Translations under genes and position numbers: made by a program
NCBI GenBank assembly: GCA_018649885.1
Contig: JABIHA010000122.1
Coordinates: forward strand, 1-64,000
Source of the DNA: Bacteriovoracaceae bacterium
GTDB taxonomy: Bacteria; Bdellovibrionota; Bacteriovoracia; Bacteriovoracales; Bacteriovoracaceae
Direction: 5' to 3'
Length of the DNA: 64,000 nt
The notes under the pieces: generated by a model
Told to the model about the DNA's origin: nothing
Databases searched by the model: none
What the model saw: only the letters and a program-made list of their open reading frames with translations
Shown here: positions 58,723-64,000 of the stretch, piece by piece
Position numbering within the stretch: the first letter of the stretch is position 1
How the letters are laid out: each line of letters starts with the position of its first letter

Positions 58723-59703
58723 ATGAGCGATACTGCAATGAAGAATAATAGGCTAAAAGACTCCATCCTCGAAGGTCCTGGACCCTCCACCTCCAAAGAG
58801 GCCATCAACCTTTTCGCCAAAGGTGTGGCCATGGGAACTGCTGATATTATTCCAGGTGTTTCAGGTGGAACGATCGCTTTCATAACAGGCATTTATTCAC
58901 AACTTTTAAACGCCATTAAAAGTGTTGGCGCGGAAAGCCTTAAATCGTTGTTCAAATTTCAAATTGCCGACGCATTAAAACCCATTCATTTTAGGTTTCT
59001 GATCCCGCTAGGGCTTGGCATTATGGTTGCGTTGCTCAGCACAGCAAGGCTTATGAGTTTTCTATTGAAAAATCATCCAGTCCCCACTTGGTCATTATTT
59101 TTTGGTCTAATACTGGCGTCGACTGTTGTGCTTGGAAAATCCATTGAAAATATTGCCTCTCTAAAAAATATAGTAATGATTATTCTGGGAGCGATTGCAG
59201 CATTTCTTATAGTAGGCCTAATCCCTGTCACAACTCCCACCAGCTGGTGGTTCATCCTCTTCTGCGGAATGATTGCTATAACGGCCATGATACTTCCTGG
59301 TATCAGTGGATCATTTATTTTACTGATTTTAGGAAAATATGAATTTATAACTGGTGCCTTAAAAAATCCCTTTAGTACTGAAAGTATCCAAACCATTATA
59401 GTGTTTGTCATAGGAGCCTCAATTGGAATCACTGGCTTTTCTAGAGTACTAAGCTACCTTTTGATGCGCTTTAGAACACAGACGCTTTGTATCCTAACTG
59501 GTTTAATGATTGGCTCACTTAGAAAAGTATGGCCTTGGAAGGAAGTTCTCTCTCAAAAGACCATCAGAGGAAAAATCCATATCCTGTCTGAAATGAATAT
59601 ACTTCCAGCTCAATTTGAAAAAGCTGAGGCCATGGCACTTCTCATGCTCGTGGTAGGAATTATTTTAGTATTTTTGTTAGAAAAAATGGCCGAAACAAAG
59701 TAA
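58723..59703 (+). CDS. DUF368-family membrane protein
   Basis: GVAMGTADIIPGVSGGTIA and AMILPGISGSFILLILG duplicated motifs. Confidence 0.92.
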   Translation: MSDTAMKNNRLKDSILEGPGPSTSKEAINLFAKGVAMGTADIIPGVSGGTIAFITGIYSQLLNAIKSVGAESLKSLFKFQIADALKPIHFRFLIPLGLGIMVALLSTARLMSFLLKNHPVPTWSLFFGLILASTVVLGKSIENIASLKNIVMIILGAIAAFLIVGLIPVTTPTSWWFILFCGMIAITAMILPGISGSFILLILGKYEFITGALKNPFSTESIQTIIVFVIGASIGITGFSRVLSYLLMRFRTQTLCILTGLMIGSLRKVWPWKEVLSQKTIRGKIHILSEMNILPAQFEKAEAMALLMLVVGIILVFLLEKMAETK

Positions 59704-59710
59704 ACATCTT

Positions 59711-60847
59711 TCAAAAGGATTGAATCTTTGTTTTAAAATGATTGAGGGCCATAGTTACGACTTGATCCATGTCGAGATAAACATAACCTCCAAGCCTTCC
59801 TCCAAAGATCACATTCTTCTCATTTTTTGAAGCCGCAAGATATTTTTGATAAGTGAGTTTGTCACTATCTGAGCCAATGGGATAATAGGGATCTTCACCC
59901 TTTTTAGCAAACTGAGAGAATTCTCTAAAAATTGTGGTCTTTGGATTGAACTCTCTTTCAGGATGATAGTGTTTAAATTCATGGATACGTGTAAAGGGAG
60001 TACTCTCATCAGCATAGTTCATCACTGTTGTTCCCTGAAAATCATCAATATCTAATGCTTCACTTTCAAAACGAAGTGTCCTCCACCCGAGCTGACCGTA
60101 TTGATATTCAAAATATCTATCAATTGGCCCTGAATAAATGACCACACAATCTTTTGGAATTTTGTCTTTAATATCAAAGTAATCTACCCCTAGCTCAGTC
60201 TCTATATTCTTGTGGCCAAGAAGATTCTCAAATAGTGTTCCATACCCATCGATAGGAATTCCTTCATAGGGATCACTAAAATATCGATCATTATAGGAAT
60301 ATCTAACTGGAAGTCTGTTAATAATGCTCTCAGGTAGCTCAGTTAAATTTTTCTGCCATTGCTTAGTACTGTATCCCTTTATAAAAGCTTCATAGAGAGG
60401 CTTACCAATTAAAGAGATTCCTTTTTCCTCAAAATTTGCGGGGTGATCAATGTGAAACTTTTTAATTTCACTCTCTACAAACTCCTTGGCCTCGCCAGGA
60501 GTAAATCTTTTTTCATAAAATTTATTAATTGTCATAAGGTTCATAGGCATCGAGTAAACTTCATCTAAGTGCTTTGTCAGCACTCGATGTCTATAATTAT
60601 TAAATTTGCAAAATAGATTTAAATATTCCCAGACCCTAACATCTTTGGAGTGAAATATATGACTTCCATAATTATGTACTTCAACACCAGTTCGCGAGTC
60701 TATTTCTGAATATGAGTTCCCGCCAATATGTTTTCTCTTATCAATGACTAAGACTCTTTTTCCTAGGACTTCCGCAATTCTTTCAGCAACGACTGCACCA
60801 TAAAATCCTGCACCAACAACTAAGTATTTTAGTCCGTCTAATTCCAA
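59711..60847 (-). CDS. glf: UDP-galactopyranose mutase
   Basis: VGAGFYG, HIGGN, YGSHIFH, FTRIHEFKHY, PYYP, GRLG.Y.YLDMDQ. Confidence 0.95.
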   Translation of the reverse strand: MELDGLKYLVVGAGFYGAVVAERIAEVLGKRVLVIDKRKHIGGNSYSEIDSRTGVEVHNYGSHIFHSKDVRVWEYLNLFCKFNNYRHRVLTKHLDEVYSMPMNLMTINKFYEKRFTPGEAKEFVESEIKKFHIDHPANFEEKGISLIGKPLYEAFIKGYSTKQWQKNLTELPESIINRLPVRYSYNDRYFSDPYEGIPIDGYGTLFENLLGHKNIETELGVDYFDIKDKIPKDCVVIYSGPIDRYFEYQYGQLGWRTLRFESEALDIDDFQGTTVMNYADESTPFTRIHEFKHYHPEREFNPKTTIFREFSQFAKKGEDPYYPIGSDSDKLTYQKYLAASKNEKNVIFGGRLGGYVYLDMDQVVTMALNHFKTKIQSF

Positions 60848-60898
60848 AGGCCCATCCCCATAGTGATTATTTTAATATACTCACATTTTAATATAGGT

Positions 60899-62290
60899 TT
60901 AGTTTAAAAGACAGACTTCCTTGCATCTTGGGCAAGCTAGATGTGGGCCTAATTTTTTTGAGGTTTTTTTCCCCATAAGTGGAAATTTGCACTCCATACA
61001 GCACACGCTATGAGGGTATTCCCACATGGCAAAGTCACATTCTGGAAAGCGATTACAAGAATAGAATTGCTTTTTAAATCGAGAGGTTTTCTCAACTAAT
61101 TCACCACTAGAGCATAGTGGGCAGTCGAGTTCAGTTGAGTACCCCTCAGTTGTATGACAGTGAGGATAATCAATGCAGGCAACATATCTTCCCTTCTGTC
61201 CGTGACGTACAAACATCTCACTTTCACAATTTGGGCAACTCTTATGATATAGCTCTTTTGGAATAATCTGATATTTACCATCAACATCTAGTTCAATATC
61301 TTCAGTATTATGACAGGCAGGAAATCGGTTGCAGGCATAAAAAGCTCCAAACTGCCCCCACTTCAAAACATATTCACCACTAGAGCATTTACTGCATTCA
61401 ATTGATGTTTTCAAAAGACCTTGTTTAAATTTATCCAAATTACCTTGGGAGCGATCAATTACTCTTTCGAAAAAATCCCAAAAATCGTGGAATGCTTGGG
61501 TTGTAGTCATGTGTGAATCTAAAACCATATCAGCAAGCTCACTTACTCGAACTAGGAACCTCTTCTCAAATATTATAGGGAAATTCTGTATCAACTCTCC
61601 TCGAATTCGCTTTCCGCTATCTGATAATGAATAGACCTCCTCTTTTTCACTGAAGAGTCCCTCGTATACTCCTTTTTTAAGAAGAGTAGCAACGTCCATA
61701 AAAGAAAATTCACCGTAGCGTTTTTCAAGGGATTTCCCAGATGCCTTTCTCATTAATTGACAGACTAATACCCCTAACTCCCAGCTAAGGTGATATTTTT
61801 GATGAAGTTTCTCATAAAGATATTTTTTTACAAAATATCCAACTATCTGATCAATAACTAAAAAGACTTGATTCCTCTGGGCAATCAAGGAAGAATTTGA
61901 AATTTTTTTTAATTCACCATTTTGTAGAAAATGTATCTTTTGGTTTTCAAGTCCCAGTTCTGTTATGGTATCAAAGGCAGCTGCAATCGACTCTTGTTTA
62001 CCATCTACAAGAAATACCAATTTTTCTGAATTCTTTATGTTCTCGGAATATCTTTTGAAGAACCTTTCGGCCTTAGTAGTCAAAACCCAATCTACCTCAA
62101 AACTATTTCTGACATCAATGCCCAAGCTGCCATCTGGGAGCATCTTAATTTTATCCGGTAATTGAATGCATTGAAGGTTTGCGGTAATAGCGGATTCAAT
62201 GGAAGCCCGTTTCACCCCAGCTGAATAAAGTACCAAACTTATGGTCTCGCTATCTTGCATAGCATCTAATGGCTGAGTATTGTTTTCCAT
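60899..62290 (-). CDS. Degenerate, internally deleted type IA topoisomerase-like protein with four C4 zinc ribbons
   Basis: TOPRIM-like N-terminus without acidic motifs; IDQIVGY segment; domain IV-like helices; CSKC..FYACNRFPAC-type ribbons. Confidence 0.75.
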   Translation of the reverse strand: MENNTQPLDAMQDSETISLVLYSAGVKRASIESAITANLQCIQLPDKIKMLPDGSLGIDVRNSFEVDWVLTTKAERFFKRYSENIKNSEKLVFLVDGKQESIAAAFDTITELGLENQKIHFLQNGELKKISNSSLIAQRNQVFLVIDQIVGYFVKKYLYEKLHQKYHLSWELGVLVCQLMRKASGKSLEKRYGEFSFMDVATLLKKGVYEGLFSEKEEVYSLSDSGKRIRGELIQNFPIIFEKRFLVRVSELADMVLDSHMTTTQAFHDFWDFFERVIDRSQGNLDKFKQGLLKTSIECSKCSSGEYVLKWGQFGAFYACNRFPACHNTEDIELDVDGKYQIIPKELYHKSCPNCESEMFVRHGQKGRYVACIDYPHCHTTEGYSTELDCPLCSSGELVEKTSRFKKQFYSCNRFPECDFAMWEYPHSVCCMECKFPLMGKKTSKKLGPHLACPRCKEVCLLN

Positions 62291-62355
62291 TGTAGGCTTA
62301 TATCAAAGATAAAACGATAGGGAAAAGTCACTGAAAAGGCCTCGGGGAGAAGGCC

Positions 62356-64000
62356 CTAAATATCCTTTTTCTTTAGCTTTTTGATTTGCTCCCGCATTTT
62401 TTCATACTCATCTGGATCTAAATTTAGCAGCTCGTCAATTTCCTCAAGGTCATTTTCTGAGAGCCCATAGGGATTGTTGTGATCGCTTAGATCTTCATCA
62501 AGATATTTAGTACCAAGCTCGGCTTCGAGCTCATTAAGATCAGCAAATGAATCTGGGTGCTGCCTGTGAGCATTGGCCTCAAGGGAATTGAGGTCTTCTT
62601 GCTCAAGAAGTTTATCCTCATCAAGCTTTCCTTCATTGAGTTGGGCCTCAGCAGTCTCAAGCTCTTTTTCTAGTTTTTCGAGCTCATGGAGATCTTTTTC
62701 CTGCCCTTTAAGTATTGATCTCTCTCTTTCTTGTCTTTCAAGTTCGTCTAACTCATCTTCAGTCAGCTGAATTTTATCTGCTTTTTCTAATAGATCATCA
62801 TTAATATCTTTTAAGGTTAGCTCAGTATCTAGCTCTTCAAGACCACGTTTTTCAATTTCATTGATACTTTTCTGAATAGATTTATTTTTGATTCTGCTCT
62901 CTCTTGCAGCGGCCTCAATAGTTTTAGAAAGCATAATAGTTCCATTTTCAAACTCGTTGGAACTTTGAGATACTAAAATTGTTGCAAAATTATCTGTTAA
63001 ATTTATAACAGTCCCCTCTCCAACTTTATAAGATGGATCTGCTGTTATTTGCTTATCAGTCCCTCTATCCGTAAATAGATAGGCTTCAAATATATTACCT
63101 AGCTCAACCCCATCGGCCCTTCCTCTATCAATATAGACAACATCTCCAAAGCTAAAAAGGTTTTGACTACTTTCATGGCCAGCAATGACAGCGGCTTCAA
63201 TATTTCGTGGATTAAAGGATTTGGTAATTTTATCAATTTGAGGTGTATAAACGGTTACTCTGTCTCCCCTATTAATATTCCCAGTTACATTAGAAACTTC
63301 ACACTCCCACAAGTGTCCTTTTTTCTCAAAAACAGTAATTTGACCAACGATTGAATATTTATAACCACTACGATCTGAAATATCATGGCCAATTTCGCCG
63401 TGAGGGGCGTAAAGAGAAAACAAATCCCCAGGAACAATTCGAAGGCCTGGATCAAAATTAATATAAATCCTGTCATAATTGTGAAGATTGATACCTTCAT
63501 TTTGAGCATGATCAACGTAGCCAAAATCTTGAACAATATTTGTAGTCACAAATGTATTAAGATAGAAGCCTTCTTTATAACCAAAGGACTCCCTAGCACT
63601 TTTATCAAAGCCAGTGTCTTCAAACTCTAATATCGGTTCATCAAGATTAATAATCTTTTTGGGTGGGCTATATCTTTCATACTCTCTATTGAGAAGTGGA
63701 GCACTAATTTTCTCAAGATCTTTATAGGTATATTCACTTGAAAATTGAACGTATACCCCTTGCTTAATAAGATCTTCTTTTTCCTTTATCCACTTAGGAA
63801 TCGTATTATCCCCCCACTTACTTAAATCCATAGTCAGCTCAACATTTTCAGACCTGCCTTCGATATTTGAATAAGTTTTAGTTGTGCCTTTTTCAAAAGA
63901 TCCAACAGTTACTTGAGGAGGATTAATTGAATCGCCTGTATCAAATATAAGAACCATTCCTGGCTCAATTTGGTGAGGGTTTGTAATATAACTATTGAGA
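62356..64000 (-). CDS. LysM-domain protein with acidic coiled-coil tail (5' end outside the window)
   Basis: Frame open to the window edge: LNSYITNPHQIEPGMVL (end of a LysM); VVYIDRGRADGVELG FlgT-C-like segment. Confidence 0.8.
   Translation of the reverse strand, partial: LNSYITNPHQIEPGMVLIFDTGDSINPPQVTVGSFEKGTTKTYSNIEGRSENVELTMDLSKWGDNTIPKWIKEKEDLIKQGVYVQFSSEYTYKDLEKISAPLLNREYERYSPPKKIINLDEPILEFEDTGFDKSARESFGYKEGFYLNTFVTTNIVQDFGYVDHAQNEGINLHNYDRIYINFDPGLRIVPGDLFSLYAPHGEIGHDISDRSGYKYSIVGQITVFEKKGHLWECEVSNVTGNINRGDRVTVYTPQIDKITKSFNPRNIEAAVIAGHESSQNLFSFGDVVYIDRGRADGVELGNIFEAYLFTDRGTDKQITADPSYKVGEGTVINLTDNFATILVSQSSNEFENGTIMLSKTIEAAARESRIKNKSIQKSINEIEKRGLEELDTELTLKDINDDLLEKADKIQLTEDELDELERQERERSILKGQEKDLHELEKLEKELETAEAQLNEGKLDEDKLLEQEDLNSLEANAHRQHPDSFADLNELEAELGTKYLDEDLSDHNNPYGLSENDLEEIDELLNLDPDEYEKMREQIKKLKKKDI

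Overview
AT-rich bacterial chromosomal segment. Gene content (HTH-DUF4423-type regulator, FliG-C-like protein, many secreted Cys-rich, RCC1 and CARDB proteins) suggests Bdellovibrionota, probably Bacteriovorax/Halobacteriovorax-like; this is an inference. Housekeeping genes include pgm, queC, crcB, an ABC-F ATPase, pyrD, dnaE, guaB-guaA, sdhA, glf, tRNA-Val(GAC) and tRNA-Arg(UCG). Accessory loci are interleaved: (1) a sigma54-driven 1852-aa multi-CARDB lipoprotein next to an ABAB array of ~145-bp GGA-hairpin repeats downstream of tRNA-Val; (2) a FecR/Ig/beta-barrel protein divergent from a PP2C/anti-sigma/STAS partner-switching operon; (3) a Tat molybdoenzyme lacking the usual Cys Mo ligand, with a membrane-triheme cytochrome fusion, a 4Fe-4S subunit and a class II FNR-like promoter; (4) a degenerate, internally deleted topoisomerase IA; (5) a 930-codon secreted-protein ORF broken by one in-frame TAA; (6) a tRNA-Arg 5' duplicate; (7) an unannotated 26-aa sORF ahead of an ABC/DUF1854 operon. 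No CRISPR array, transposase or integrase was seen. All family assignments come from motif recognition, not database searches.
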